Assembly: GCF_006345805.1 (NCBI RefSeq)
Contig: NC_043007.1
Location: 124,001-188,000 of the forward strand
DNA length: 64,000 bases
Direction of reading: 5' to 3'
Source: Octopus sinensis
Taxonomy: Eukaryota
Positions 11,383 through 24,803 of this stretch are shown here, piece by piece. The translations under genes were made by a program, and so were the position numbers. The notes beneath the pieces were generated by a model. That model was not told the origin of the DNA. It did not search any database and saw only the letters and a list, made by a program, of their open reading frames with translations. The number at the start of each line of letters is the position of its first letter. The first letter of the stretch is position 1.

Positions 11383-12162
11383 GGGAAGAGGATTTGAAAA
11401 TAAAGAGGTCTTTTAAAGATGTTTATTGACTTGACGATTTCAGGTTTTTTTAATAAATATTTTTCAAAACTAAAATGTAAAGCTTTGTGTACTTTTTGTG
11501 GTGTTAAAAAATGGTTAACATAGTTGTATTAAAATACAGTGATAGAGTATTTGATAATGATAAGAAAACGTTAAGTGAGGCTTTGTGCTTAAACAGTTTA
11601 TATAAAAGTGTTCAAAACAGGTAGTAATATAAATTCATAATTATTTATAAGTTCATCAAAAATCATGATTGTATATAGGTTTATATACAGAAAGAATTTG
11701 TAGACAGCATTTGATTGGAGAAAACGTGTATTGCTTGGTCAAAACCTCATCAGAAACCATATTTAAATAATTATATAGAATGTCCTTCATTGCCATCCAG
11801 TCTTGTATGTGTGTTTGGCAAGGATGGTTGTTGCTATTTTTAGAAATAGTACGGGAGGTTGGTTGCTAGGGGAAAAGCATTCACACGATCTGATTTCAAA
11901 TAGTCTGAGAAATCAAAAGGATTTTTTTTTAGCTAGTCTGTCATGGTTAACTGGTTTATGGTCTGGTCTTAGAGTTCAAGATGGTGTGAGTGTGCGTGTG
12001 TGTGTGTTTTGTGTGGGGTGTCGGGAGTTTCGGGGTCGGTTAGGTGTGTTTGTGAGTGTGCGTTTGTGTGTGTATACTTATGAAAAACTTTTTTTTTAAA
12101 TGTAAAACCGGTCAATTCAATAAATATCTTTAAAAGACTCTGCATTTTCAAATCTTCTTCCC
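11383..12162. mobile_element. Element bounded by about 85-bp imperfect inverted repeats, TA at both ends
   Basis: ta|gggaagaggatttgaaaataaagaggtcttttaaagatgtttattga versus tcaataaatatctttaaaagactctgcattttcaaatcttcttccc|ta. Confidence 0.6.
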
Positions 12163-12185
12163 TATATATGTATATATGTATGTGC

Positions 12186-12227
<42 letters not shown>

Positions 12228-12261
12228 ATATATATATATTATATATATATATATATACACA

Positions 12262-12335
12262 GGGAGAATTCACGAAAAAAAACCAAAAGAAGAAGACAGG
12301 CGGTGTAGAAAACAGATGTATTAGAATAACGGTCC
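12262..12335 (-). mobile_element. 3' fragment of family H-B unit within (TA)n
   Basis: ggagaattcacgaaaa..gaagacagg..aaacagatgtattag is the reverse complement of the 3' end of 27763-27942. Confidence 0.65.
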
Positions 12336-12394
12336 ACGTGAGTCCAAATATGCATATGTGTAGATGTATGTATATGTATGTGTGTATATGTATG

Positions 12395-12443
<49 letters not shown>

Positions 12444-12557
12444 TACATATACACACATACATATACATACTTATCAAGTTTCTATAATATATATTATTTC
12501 TATGGATGAGATTATATATATATATATTTGTACATATATATATTTGTGCATATATAT

Positions 12558-12605
<48 letters not shown>

Positions 12606-14056
12606 GTGTGTGTGTGTGTGTGTGTATGCGTATATATATACTTATACATCTGTGTGTGTCTGTACGTATATATGTTATTGCTTTTATACCATGGTCACAC
12701 CTCAGTGATCAATAGCAGCCTAGCCATGACCATTTCATTTCTCCCTCTTGGCATTGAACTAAATTATTCAATGTGTCGTTCCCACTCACTAATGTCTGGT
12801 TTGGTGGGGGCTTTCGTCACTTAGACTATTAGATCTGTGGACCATATAGCTCTAATGGTGTAATTATACTTATATAGTTCATTTAAAGCAACTAAATGCC
12901 GAGTCTAAAGATATATGGATGTATTTAAAATATAAATGTATTTTAAATGTATAGCTGTGTAGCTTATTTATAATTCAGTGATGTATGTTTTACTTAAAAC
13001 ATACATCTAGTTGCATAGGTTATTCAAGATGTTTACATTTATGGATGTAAATGTTATTTACAATGCTTTAGTTTTATATTGAACATTTTTACTAAAACTT
13101 GACTCGAGAATTTTATTTTGAGAATTATTGCAAATTACTTATTTCTCCCCATTTATATTAATGTTCTGTCTACGAAACGTTATCCTTCATTATCTTATTT
13201 TTCATTTATTCTTCGATCACTTGTAAACCTGAAATATACATATAACTTCAACATTTTCTCTTGTGATGTTTCTCAACTTACAACACGCGTGTAAAATAGT
13301 AAAGTAGCTGCCACAAAGAGCAGACAGCGATATCAATAACATAAGACATATTTGTCTTGGAGATAATTCTAATATTGACCGAGGTAACTGGGCGTCTGAT
13401 TAAGAGTGCTGATAGACTTTTTCGCACGAAGCTTGCCCCTTAGAGACTTTCATAATGGACGTAAGAACCTACTGAAATTCATACATAAGCCTTCGCAACA
13501 TTGTAATCTACCATCATAAGTTAAAGTTATATTGAAAAGCATAATTCCTGATTTATGTAAAGATGGCCATGCAAATATAAGACTTTTTATTATTGGTATT
13601 TTTCATCAGGGGCTGATATGGTGTTAAGCGTTCAACCAAAAGCACGTAGACTACCACATGGTTGCTGGACCTGCTAGAAATAGCAGCCAAATTAACTGGA
13701 AGTTACACCGTATCTTCTTAAATTAGAAAAATACCATAGTTGACTATAGTAACCATTTACACACATGTATATATGTATATATATATATAATCTCTTACAT
13801 ATCTCTCAACCTCTCTCCCTCATCATGTGTGTGTGTGTGTATGTGTATAAGAGATAATGGTGTCATTGAGACCCAAAAGTGTCAGGTAATGCTGAATAAG
13901 TGCTATAGACAGACCATAATTAAGTTCCAGATTCAGTAATATTACGAATAAAGAGTTCAACGTTGGTTCTATATCAGCGTGTGTATATATGAATTTTTTG
14001 CGTAATAAGATAAAACACCAAGGCTGTATAGATATTAGAGCATTTATAGATAAGAG

Positions 14057-14111
14057 GTCTTACAGCTGTTTCTAGGATATTAATTAACAATAATATCCCA
14101 TCATCGGAGAC
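14057..14111 (-). ncRNA. Minimal type I hammerhead motif, U4C core variant
   Basis: gtct-CCGATGA-tgggatatta[ttgttaat]taatatccta-GAAA-cagctg-TA-agac: 4-bp helix I, 10-bp helix II, ACAGCUGU palindrome, GUA triplet. Confidence 0.7.
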
Positions 14112-14344
14112 GGTGTGAGAGGAACATTAAGTCATAGTTAGTTTAGATGTGATACAAAATAGATAGTGAGGTGGAGGAAAGAAAATAGATGTAAGATATG
14201 TGTGGGTATTGAAGTTGTAGATCCGTTTTATAGGCATATATCCACCAAGTAAGACGCCAGCGCTGGCGGGATAACATAGCATTGCTTTCACAGCAAGATA
14301 AAACAAACATTCTTCGATGCGCCATTTGATGGTAGTACACTGGT

Positions 14345-14635
14345 GGCAGGTATATGTGTATATATTGTGAATGGATTTAGTAGACGTAAACTGAAAGAAG
14401 TCCATCGTATATATATATATATTTGTGTGCTGTGTGTCTGTGTTTGTCTCCCCATCATCGCTTGTCAACTAATGTTGGTGTGTTTACGTCCCCGTAACTT
14501 AGCATCTCGGCAAAAGAGACAGATAGAATAAGTACTAGGCTTACAAAGAATAAATCCTGGGGTCGATTTGTTCGACTAAAGGCGGTGCTCCAGCATGGCT
14601 GCAGTCGCATATCTGAAACAAGTAAAAGACTAATA
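14345..14635 (+). mobile_element. SINE group 1, 5'-truncated
   Basis: gtagacgtaaactgaaagaag..ctccagcatggctgcagtc..gaaacaagtaaaaga. Confidence 0.85.
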
Positions 14636-15020
14636 AATTTCTCGTCAGAAAACCCAGGCATCACAAGGCACTACGCACCGTCTTCAGAAAACTGAGTGTA
14701 CTCTAGGTAAGCGAAGAAAGCAGAGAGACTTAGCGACGAAGGAGAATTTTGAATTAAACGCCATGAAGCAAAAATATAAATGTTATAGGTTTAAGGATAT
14801 AATAACAATTTTTTTCCCAAGACAGAAATCTATTTTGATATTGCGAGGCAATCATTTACAATGTCAAACAATGATTGAATTATGTTGGCCTTCTCACATT
14901 CCGCTTTGCTGTTACTTCGGCTTAAATAATCTAATGTTTTTATAACTACGATTACATTGTCAATAATGCAGTATCAATTCACTTGAGATAAATATTTGCT
15001 TTTGATATGATATCCATTTA

Positions 15021-15051
<31 letters not shown>

Positions 15052-15181
15052 TGTGAGGTGTGTGTGTGTGTATGTATGTAATAGATTAAATATCCTCACT
15101 TCTTATCTGAATATCTGAAGTCTTTTGTTGTAGATATTAGAAATCTAGTTTTTTTTATAGGAAAATTATATAGGTTGCGAG

Positions 15182-15234
<53 letters not shown>

Positions 15235-15446
15235 ATATATAGTATATTTATATATATATATGTATGTATTTATGTATGTATGTGTATATGTTGTGTGTTC
15301 TGTATATGTATTATATTTATATAGTATATATTTAGATGTATATATAAGTGTATATGTATATATATGAGTATATGTGTATATGTGTATATATGTGTATATA
15401 TGTGTGTATATATATATTATACCTATATATTATATATAATATATAT

Positions 15447-15750
15447 AGAGAGAGAGAAAGAGAGGAGAGAGAGAGAAAGAGAGAGGAGAGAGAGAGGTAG
15501 CGAGAGAAAGCGAGAAAGACAAAGAAAGAGAGAGAGAGGGAGAGAGAGAAAGAGAGAGATAAAGAGAGAGAAAGAAAGAGAGAGAAAGAAAGAGAGAGAA
15601 GGAAAGAGAGACGGGAGAGAGACAGAGGGAGTGAGAGTGAGATAAAGAGAGGGAAAGAGAATGAGGTAGAGAGAGAGAAAGCGAGAAAGAGAAAGAAACA
15701 GAGAGAGGGAGAGAGGTAGAGATAGAGAAAAAGAGATAGAGAAAGAAACA
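15447..15750. repeat. (GA)n/GAAA polypurine tract
   Basis: Direct. Confidence 0.9.
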
Positions 15751-15751
15751 G

Positions 15752-15915
15752 AGCGGCTCCAGTACGCTGCTGTAAGTCATTCGACCTGAATTGAATTACG
15801 GCAACGTAAAATGACATGCTTTTCTACAGGACACAATACGCTCCAAGGTTCACGAATGGAACCAAGAAACTTTATGATTAAACACTCAACACACTTACCA
15901 ATAAGCCACATACGC
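15752..15915 (-). mobile_element. Degenerate SINE with tRNA head and CORE-like body
   Basis: Minus strand gaagcgtatgtggcttattggtaag..ggttccattc..ttgtgtcctgtagaaaagc. Confidence 0.55.
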
Positions 15916-16383
15916 TTCTATTTCAGTATATACATGTTTTTATTATCTGATTGTTCATATGTCTGGTGTTTACCACTTTCATGAAAATTTACCGTATCTT
16001 TATCTAAAACTCGTTTCTTATAAATTCAATATAATTGAAAATCTCGTCGGCAAAGTTTACAAACTAATATATTATTCATTTTAAATATTTTAATTTCGCC
16101 AGGGTCAGTCAAGATTAACTTAACTAGTTATATCTTTATCTGGTTATTTATTAATTAATTTCAATATCCTGTTTACCAAAGGATAAATACATATTTCATT
16201 ATTGTTGTTATCCGTTGTGTTGGATACGTACTTCTCTAATCCTTTTCGACTACATTTATACAATTATCGAGCAGCTTTTAATTTCCTCTCAAAATTTAAT
16301 TATTTTCAGAAAAGTTCAATAAGGTTTTTATATCTCTTTCTGTTTATAAATACTGTAAAACCATATAAATATATATATATACA

Positions 16384-16419
<36 letters not shown>

Positions 16420-16422
<3 letters not shown>

Positions 16423-16455
16423 TAGCAGAGATACCTGGTGTTGTTCGGGAATAAA
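16420..16455 (+). mobile_element. Possible Helitron/HINE 5'-end stub
   Basis: t|actagcagagatacctggtgttgttcggg after (TA)n resembles the ACTAG..CCCGGCGTTGCCCGG starts of Helitron-derived elements (recalled pattern). Confidence 0.35.
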
Positions 16456-16477
16456 ATGGCGTAGTTTGTTTTATTTT

Positions 16478-16838
16478 TTGCTTGTTTCAGTCCTGTGAGT
16501 GTGCCATGCCCTGAGCACCACCTTCAGTTCAAGAAACCGACCCCAGGAAATATTCTTTATAAACCTAGTATTCATTCTATCAGTTTCTTTTGCCGAACCG
16601 CTAAGTTATGGGAACGTAGACACAGCAACATCGATTGTCAAGCAATGGTGGCTCTACAAACACAGACACACAGAAATATACACATATATAGGGTCTTCAT
16701 TCCGTTTCCGTGTACGAAATCCACTCACAGGGCTTCGGTCGGCCCGAGGGTGTATAAAAAATTGTTCCAAGCTGTAATGCAGTAGGACTGAACCTGGAAC
16801 CATGTGGTTGGGAAGCAAGCTTCCTAGAACATAGCCAC
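16478..16838 (-). mobile_element. SINE group 1
   Basis: Homologous to 1195-1620. Confidence 0.85.
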
Positions 16839-16844
16839 CAGAAA

Positions 16845-16931
16845 TATATATGTACATATATACAGGCATATATATATATATATATATATTATTATATATA
16901 TATATATACATACATTCATACATATAGACAT

Positions 16932-16989
<58 letters not shown>

Positions 16990-17310
16990 TATATGTATAT
17001 ATACATACATATACATATATATATACATCTATCATACATAAATATATATATATAATATATATACAAGCATATATATATGTTTATGCATACATATATATGT
17101 ATATACATACATAAATATATATATACACATATATAAATATACATAAATATATATATATATACATACATATTTATATATACATATATATACATATTTATAT
17201 ATACATATATATATATACATATTTATACATATATATACACATATATACATATATATATATGCATACGTATATATGCTAAGATATAAATACACACATACAC
17301 ACACATATAT
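16845..17310. repeat. Compound (TA)n/(TACA)n microsatellite
   Basis: Direct. Confidence 0.95.
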
Positions 17311-17661
17311 AAACATAGTGACGCTAATAGAATGAAACTATTAAAAGTGAAACTATTGGAAGTGAATTCATATAATAGTGAAAGTATTGTATCACATTAC
17401 AATAGAGATGTTATTGTTTCATTTGTTATACATAATACCGAAACAATCTAAGAGCTCCGGACTCGCATTATGTAAGAAGCCGAAAATTTGTTTGGCCCAT
17501 GACACTCCATGCACTTTGAGTATGGCATGTATAAAAGTTGAATGAAATTGGTTGGGTAATTTTCGCCTTCTAGTGATGCACACTGACAGACAGACACACA
17601 TTCTCTGTCAAATATATTCTATATAGATATATATATATATACATATATGCATTTATTATAG

Positions 17662-17714
<53 letters not shown>

Positions 17715-19548
17715 TATAATATATATAATATTAATTAGAGACAGAACCACTATTATGCAAATATATATATACATATATGTGTATATATATTGTTTTATAT
17801 ATATATATCTATATAATATAGATATATATATATATATATATTATAATATGTATGTAAATATATATAGACTTTTGAAGTCATATTTCTGTTTGAAGTCCTC
17901 ACATATATATGCCATTGTCTCTTTACGTTTTGGAAATTCGATGTTGAATACTTCTAAGATCGTTTATAATTAAAAATTATTGAACTGATCGATCGATTAG
18001 CATAAATAATATATTTGGTTGCTTACCTTCGATAAATCTATGATGTTTAAATGTTTTATGTTATTTTATGTTTATCATTGCTTTTATTCTGAAAAGAATA
18101 CTGTTCTCGCATTGTGCTAATATTTACGCGTATTGTTTATTTTTTATATAATCTATGATTAATTTTAATTTCAGTATCAGAAAAAAATTTTTTTTTTCTG
18201 TGTGCCAGAATGTCTGAAGTTGGTGTTTGAATCTGTTCTTTCCGACATTTTTCGCTCAGGGGTTCACTTTTAACATAGTACCCCGAGATTGAAGCCCTAT
18301 GACTGAATAGTTAAGGAATTTCTTTCGCATGCGCAATGTCCCGTGTTTCATTTCACTTCATGTCATCTCTGGCAAACGTCATTTTCTATAACTTCGACCT
18401 TGTGAGAGAAACTGTATAGAAGGCCGTTGAGTAGATTGTATCCGTAATTCAAGATACATCCTTGCCCTAAAATGTGTCAATATGATTCTGGCTGGTAATG
18501 TGTCAGGATTTCCCAGCCTCTTATGTATTAATTCATGAGCAAGTAATTCAGCGAATTGAAAGTCTGAATCCTCCTCGTTTAACGACGGAGATCCATTACG
18601 GCTATGTTTAGAGGATTTCAAGTTTATGCTACTTTGTAATTTACTGTGAAACTGCCCTCGCCAGAAAGAGGAATGTTGGGTTTATATTATATTGTAGGCC
18701 CTTTCAGCCATACAAATTTGATGCGGTTGATATTAATATTAAGTTCTCCAAATCACAATTTTCAGAGAAATAAATAAACGCTGTTGAGGGAAGAATACCA
18801 GAGAGATGCAACCTTGGAAAGTTCAGATTATGCGATGTGTTTAATGTGGGAGGATAAGAAGAAGAAAAATAAGTGTAACAAATGAAACAGAATGAAGATA
18901 TGCGGCCAGTTATGGGTAGGTGTTGAAGCAAAGGTCCCTGAAATAGATAAAAGGGAACATAGATGCGAATAACGTTTCTATGCTGGTGTTCTTGAAAGAA
19001 AATGATATTCCTGTCTCAGTTGCCAAATGTCTTTGATATCTTTGTTCCTGGAAATGGTGATGATTTGCCGTGAGATGTCCAGATTGCACATGTGCAATCT
19101 GCTATATAGAAGAATAAAAGGGAGCGAAAGGGGTCACCATTTACATAGATTTATATATTAGAAGTGAGAGGAATAAAGACTTTGATGCCTATAATAAAGT
19201 GTGTGAGATACTGGCATAAATAAATCTTGATTCGTATCTGTGTGTGCCGTAAGCGCACATTAAATACGAACGTGTGATAAAAACAATACCCCGTAGACGA
19301 GTTGATTTATGTCAGATGATAAATGTTAGGCATGATATATTATAGATTTACTGGTGTCTAAAGCAATAGCTTTACTTTTACTAAAGCTCTCATAGACACC
19401 ATCAGGCTATTTGTCCATGGTTCAGGAGAGAAAGTCGATGTTGCATGCCTTCGTAATAATTGTATTTGTTTCCACTGAAAACTGAGACTGACTTCACGCG
19501 ATGCTGGCTGTCGCCGGTTATTTTTAAGATGTTGGTAGAGAGGCTCAT

Positions 19549-19964
19549 AAGGCGGCGAGCTGGCAGAACCGATAGCACGCCGGGCGAAATGCTTAGCGGT
19601 ATTTCGTCTGCCGTTACGTTCTGAGTTCAAATTCCGCCGAGGTCGACTTTGCCTTTCATCCTTTCAGGATCGATAAATTAAGTACCAGTGACGCACTGGG
19701 GTCGATGCAATCAACTTAATCCGTTTGTCTATCCTTGTTTGTCCCCTCTGTGTTTAGCTCCTTGTGAGTAGTAAAGAAATAGTATTTCGTCTGCCGCTAC
19801 GCTCTGAGTTCAAATTCCGCCGAGGTCGACTTTGCCTTTCATCTTTTCAGGGTCGATTAAATAAGTACCAGTTACGCACTGGGGTCGACACAATCGACTT
19901 AATCCGTTTGTCTGTCCTTGTTTGTCCCCTCTGTGTTTAGCCCCTTGTGGGTAGTAAAAAAATA
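19549..19964 (+). mobile_element. SINE group 2 dimer (head + 2 subunits), 15-bp TSD
   Basis: Second subunit restarts at gtatttcgtctgccg (about 19782); TSD ggtagagaggctcat 19534-19548 / ggtagagaggctgat 19965-19979. Confidence 0.92.
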
Positions 19965-20389
19965 GGTAGAGAGGCTGATATGTAGACAGTTTACCAGTGT
20001 CGCTCAGGTTTACCTCTCTCTCCCCTCCTTTGGATGGAAACCAAAACTTGTGCGCGTCCCTGTAGACTGGTATTTTATATTTGCAGCTATGAAAGATTAG
20101 AGAGTTCATTAAAGAAAATGGAACTAACTTTGTGACTCACATTTAACATATTCTATTAGGTATAAAAAAATTGGACATTGTATCAGAAAAAGAATTCATT
20201 ACTTAATCGTATTAATTTGGAAAATCTTAAAATTCATGTTTTACATATGCATATACATGCATACATACATACATACATACATACATACATACATACATAC
20301 ATACATACATACACACACACATACATACATACATACATACATACATACATACATACATACTACATACAATGCATACATACATACATACA

Positions 20390-20423
<34 letters not shown>

Positions 20424-20932
20424 CATGCTTATATTCTTCTTGGAACATTAAATCTCGCGGTGTATATAAAGCTATAAATAATAGCGTGTAAACATTGGAC
20501 TTCTCAATTCTCTCTGGATAGAAAAATTCGAAGATTGCTTTGGTTGAATGGTAGAACACCTGTTATGTTTACAGGAAATGTGGCTTCGACTTCCATGGGT
20601 CTCTTTTGGCCTTTTTTCTATGCAAAAAGGGTTTTTAACCCAATTTTAATTCGCTATTACCATATTTGATGGCCTATAAGACACACAAGTGCATAGGACG
20701 CACCCTAGACTAGGCTATACAATAGGATAAAATTTATCATGTTTACTCTCAACCAGTGTAGTGACCTATTCCGGATATATATCCATGTGTGTGTGTATAT
20801 GTATGTGTGTGCGTACGTGCGTGCGTGTTTGTGTTTGTGCATGCTGAATTAACTTCGGGTTAATGTGGAGCAATCTGTATAGTATAAGTAAATAAATGGA
20901 GTTGAACGCAGACATTGTTCAAATTCATTTAA

Positions 20933-21016
20933 TTTCGACATATGTTTCGAAGACAACATTGGTTTTATTCCAAAGGAATAAACGGTGTAAACTAATGTAA
21001 TATTCTCATCAGGAAA
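20933..21016 (-). ncRNA. Minimal type I hammerhead ribozyme with fully canonical core
   Basis: tttc-CTGATGA-G[branched helix II with tttattcc/ggaataaa]C-GAAA-catatg-TC-gaaa; G10.1-C11.1 pair, ACAUAUGU palindrome, GUC cleavage triplet. Confidence 0.8.
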
Positions 21017-21533
21017 GAAAGAGAACCCATCTCAACGAGAAGACATTATAACAATTTTGATGACTGCATAAATGATAAAACCAACGCTATTAAGTATTTT
21101 TTAAAATAACCGTTAGTAGATCTGACGTCAAAGACAGACCATAGGAAGAGAAGAGTTAAAGAAATAAGTAGAGAACAAATAAAGGAGAAATATAAAGGGA
21201 TATGTTGGTTGAAAAAATGTTCAAAAGTTCGGAAGTAGATTTATCTATTGAAGTAAAGTGCAAGGTGTACTAAATGTTCAAACTATACAGACAGGTATAA
21301 ATCACTTATATGAGCTAAAGGTATGTTTCTGCCAGTGATTACATTTTAAAGATCGCTCTATAAGTGTGTTAACCAGGTGATTCTTAGAGAAGAAAATATG
21401 GAAGAGTTCAGAGTTGCAAATGTTACAGAATCCTTTGCCCTTGTCATAAGGATAAAAGATGGATGAACCAGTCTAACTTAAAATCTTTATTGATGTCTTT
21501 AAGATACCAAACCAATTTAGTATGTATATATAT

Positions 21534-21610
<77 letters not shown>

Positions 21611-21661
21611 TACATACATATATATATATATATACATACACACACATATATATATATATAT

Positions 21662-21693
<32 letters not shown>

Positions 21694-21748
21694 ATACATA
21701 CATGTATATATATATATATACATGTATATATATATATATATACATGTG

Positions 21749-21780
<32 letters not shown>

Positions 21781-22112
21781 TATATAAATATATATATACA
21801 TCTATATATATATAATTATATATAAGATATATAAGTATATTTATATATATATTAGGGTACTACATAAGCACCTGCTTCGCTAAAAATAGAAGTCGATATT
21901 CTTGAAAGCCACAGAAGAAACTTTAAGTTAATACAGGAATGATAGGAAAAAAAGTTTACTGAACAAGAATAGCGTCTCACCTTCAGCCTAGGATGCAGGA
22001 GGAATGTCAGTTAATTCAAAGTTAGCACCAAAGGCGCCTGATTTTCTTCAGTCAAGTCTGCAAGGGACAGCCACCTGAATTCATTACTATTATTATTATT
22101 ATTATTATTATT

Positions 22113-22664
22113 GAGTGAGAGAGCAGTTCATGCCATCAAAGTGACACTGGGGTAAAATATACGAAGCCCAATATACCCATCATGACTACCCGTCTGATAA
22201 AGGTACACCAGGCACATGCATCACAACCATATGTGCGTGACATGGTGATCTCATATCAAGATAAACAGCACATGACCTTGCAGGTGGGGCCCAGTTAGAA
22301 TTTTCTTCAGTTGAGTAGCCCATCCCGCTCAAACGGTCCCTGAATAAGGGTTTTTAAGGATGTTGAAAGAACCACCCATGTTTCCAGAGGTGAACTATTC
22401 AAACCCCAAAGAATCCCTCTCAACACATGGCTATGATGCTCCCCCACTACTTCTGTCGTGATCAGAGATGCACATATCGTCAGCCACTAAGGGACATGCT
22501 CAACTGGTTAAGGTCAAACAACTGACAAGCAAATCTGTGGTATTGAGCAGAATATTTGCTGTAGCCCATCTTTTATACCAAGACAAAACAATGTACATGA
22601 TAACACTTTCCATCAGTTAAGATCAGAAGCCATGAGAGCCACTGCCTGGTACTGCATCAGGGTA
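22113..22664 (-). mobile_element. About 550-bp element embedded in (ATT/TAA)n; possible LINE 3' UTR (Dong/R4-like)
   Basis: GC-richer block flanked by (ATT)n on both sides; minus strand ends ..ctcactc(AAT)n; family assignment is inference only. Confidence 0.5.
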
Positions 22665-22671
22665 TTTATTA

Positions 22672-22719
<48 letters not shown>

Positions 22720-22828
22720 CATTATATTATTATTATATTATATTATTATTATTATCATTATTATTATTATTATTTTATATTATTATTATTATTATTATCA
22801 TTATTATTATTATATTATTATCATTATC

Positions 22829-22871
<43 letters not shown>

Positions 22872-22924
22872 TATTATTATCATTATTTTATTATGATTAT
22901 TTATTATTATTATTATTATTATTA
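22665..22924. repeat. (ATT)n microsatellite
   Basis: Direct. Confidence 0.95.
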
Positions 22925-23103
22925 GTAGTAGTAGTAGTTGTTGTTGTAGTAGGATATACTTCTATATTTAACGAAGCAGGTGCATATGTCGCACCTTAGA
23001 ATATATAAATATATTTATATATCTTATATAATTATTAATTTGCCTATAAGGCTTTTACGCTCGCGGCAACTAACGTTATTATTTTTAGAGATAATGTCGT
23101 TCT

Positions 23104-23180
<77 letters not shown>

Positions 23181-23181
23181 A

Positions 23182-23246
<65 letters not shown>

Positions 23247-23248
23247 GC

Positions 23249-23323
<75 letters not shown>

Positions 23324-23341
23324 CCTATCTACCTATCTCTT

Positions 23342-23386
<45 letters not shown>

Positions 23387-23420
23387 GTCTGTCTATCTAT
23401 CTATCTATCTATATATCTAT
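23104..23420. repeat. (TCTA)n microsatellite
   Basis: Direct. Confidence 0.95.
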
Positions 23421-24008
23421 CTATATGTATGAATATGTATTTGTATATGTATGTATGTATGTATGCATATGTATTTGTATATGTATGTATGTATGCATAT
23501 GTATATGTATGTATTTGTATTTGTATTTGTATGTATTTGTATATGTATGTATGTATGCATATATATATATATGTGTGTGTATGTGTGTGTGTGTCTCTCT
23601 CTCTGTCTGTAATGTCTATCACTCTCAACATATGCATATTCATACACATATAAGTATGTGCAAACAAATAAGCTTTCTGTAACTGTCATTATTTGCTAGT
23701 AGACTCATGAAATACAATATACGCAGATGGTTTATATACGCCATTCTGTGTCGTTATCTATTGTTTTATGAGTGTTACATTTGGGAATACCATCTCGTTA
23801 TCATCTTGAAAAACATTTCTTTTATTTATATCCTCAAATATTTACTCCTCATCATTTTGTGAAATAACTAATGAAATCGTTAAACGCTTAACTCCGGTTC
23901 GTTCATTTAGTTTCAAAAAAAATTTGTGTCTGTGTGTACGCGTGCGTTTGTGCGTATGTGTAATTATGTCTGTATATATATATATATGTGCATATATATA
24001 TATATATA

Positions 24009-24061
<53 letters not shown>

Positions 24062-24272
24062 ATATAAATATATATTATATATAAGTATATATGTATACAT
24101 ACGCACATAAATATACATACACATACATACATATATATATATGTATGTGAGTATGCATGTATATATATATAATATATATATATGTGTGTGTGTGTATATG
24201 TATATATATATATATGTATATTATATATAATATATATGTATATATATATATATGTATATAATTATATATATC

Positions 24273-24303
<31 letters not shown>

Positions 24304-24342
24304 GTATATATATATATTATTATATGTATATATGTATATATG

Positions 24343-24373
<31 letters not shown>

Positions 24374-24674
24374 TATATATTCCTAAAACACTTATACACG
24401 CCACCCAATCACACATATATGAAACGGACACATTCACTCGCGCATAGATTTTTGATTCAATGATAAGTGAGCAGATCACCATATACGTCACTGATTTGTT
24501 TTCATAACAATATTAAATATTTACGTACTTAGCAATCAAAATTTAGCAGTTGCACAAAGATGGAACTTATCGGAACTATGCGAATTACTTTAGAAGTGTG
24601 AGACCGAAGTATTTCCATATTTATTATCATTCTGAAATTTCTTAGCTTGCTTACGAACCACATGGTTCCGGGTT

Positions 24675-24739
<65 letters not shown>

Positions 24740-24803
24740 GCATGTGTTTATGCAAACATACATATATATATATATATTATATATATAATATATTATATAT
24801 ATA

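Larger units (their letters stand above)
21853..22998. mobile_element. Non-autonomous DNA transposon with 41-bp TIRs, containing a nested insertion
   Basis: tagggtactacataagcacctgcttcgctaaaaatagaagt (21853-21893) versus reverse complement of 22958-22998, 35/41 identical, TA termini. Confidence 0.75.

Noticed and set aside
12980-13007. Perfect 12-13-bp hairpin gatgtatgtttt/aaaacatacatc
   Set aside because: Low-complexity, AT-rich; plausible by chance
18379-18621. LLAHELIHKRLGN as an M1 aminopeptidase HEXXH motif
   Set aside because: The Glu 18 residues after the motif is absent (Arg), there is no GAMEN motif and no clear splice sites
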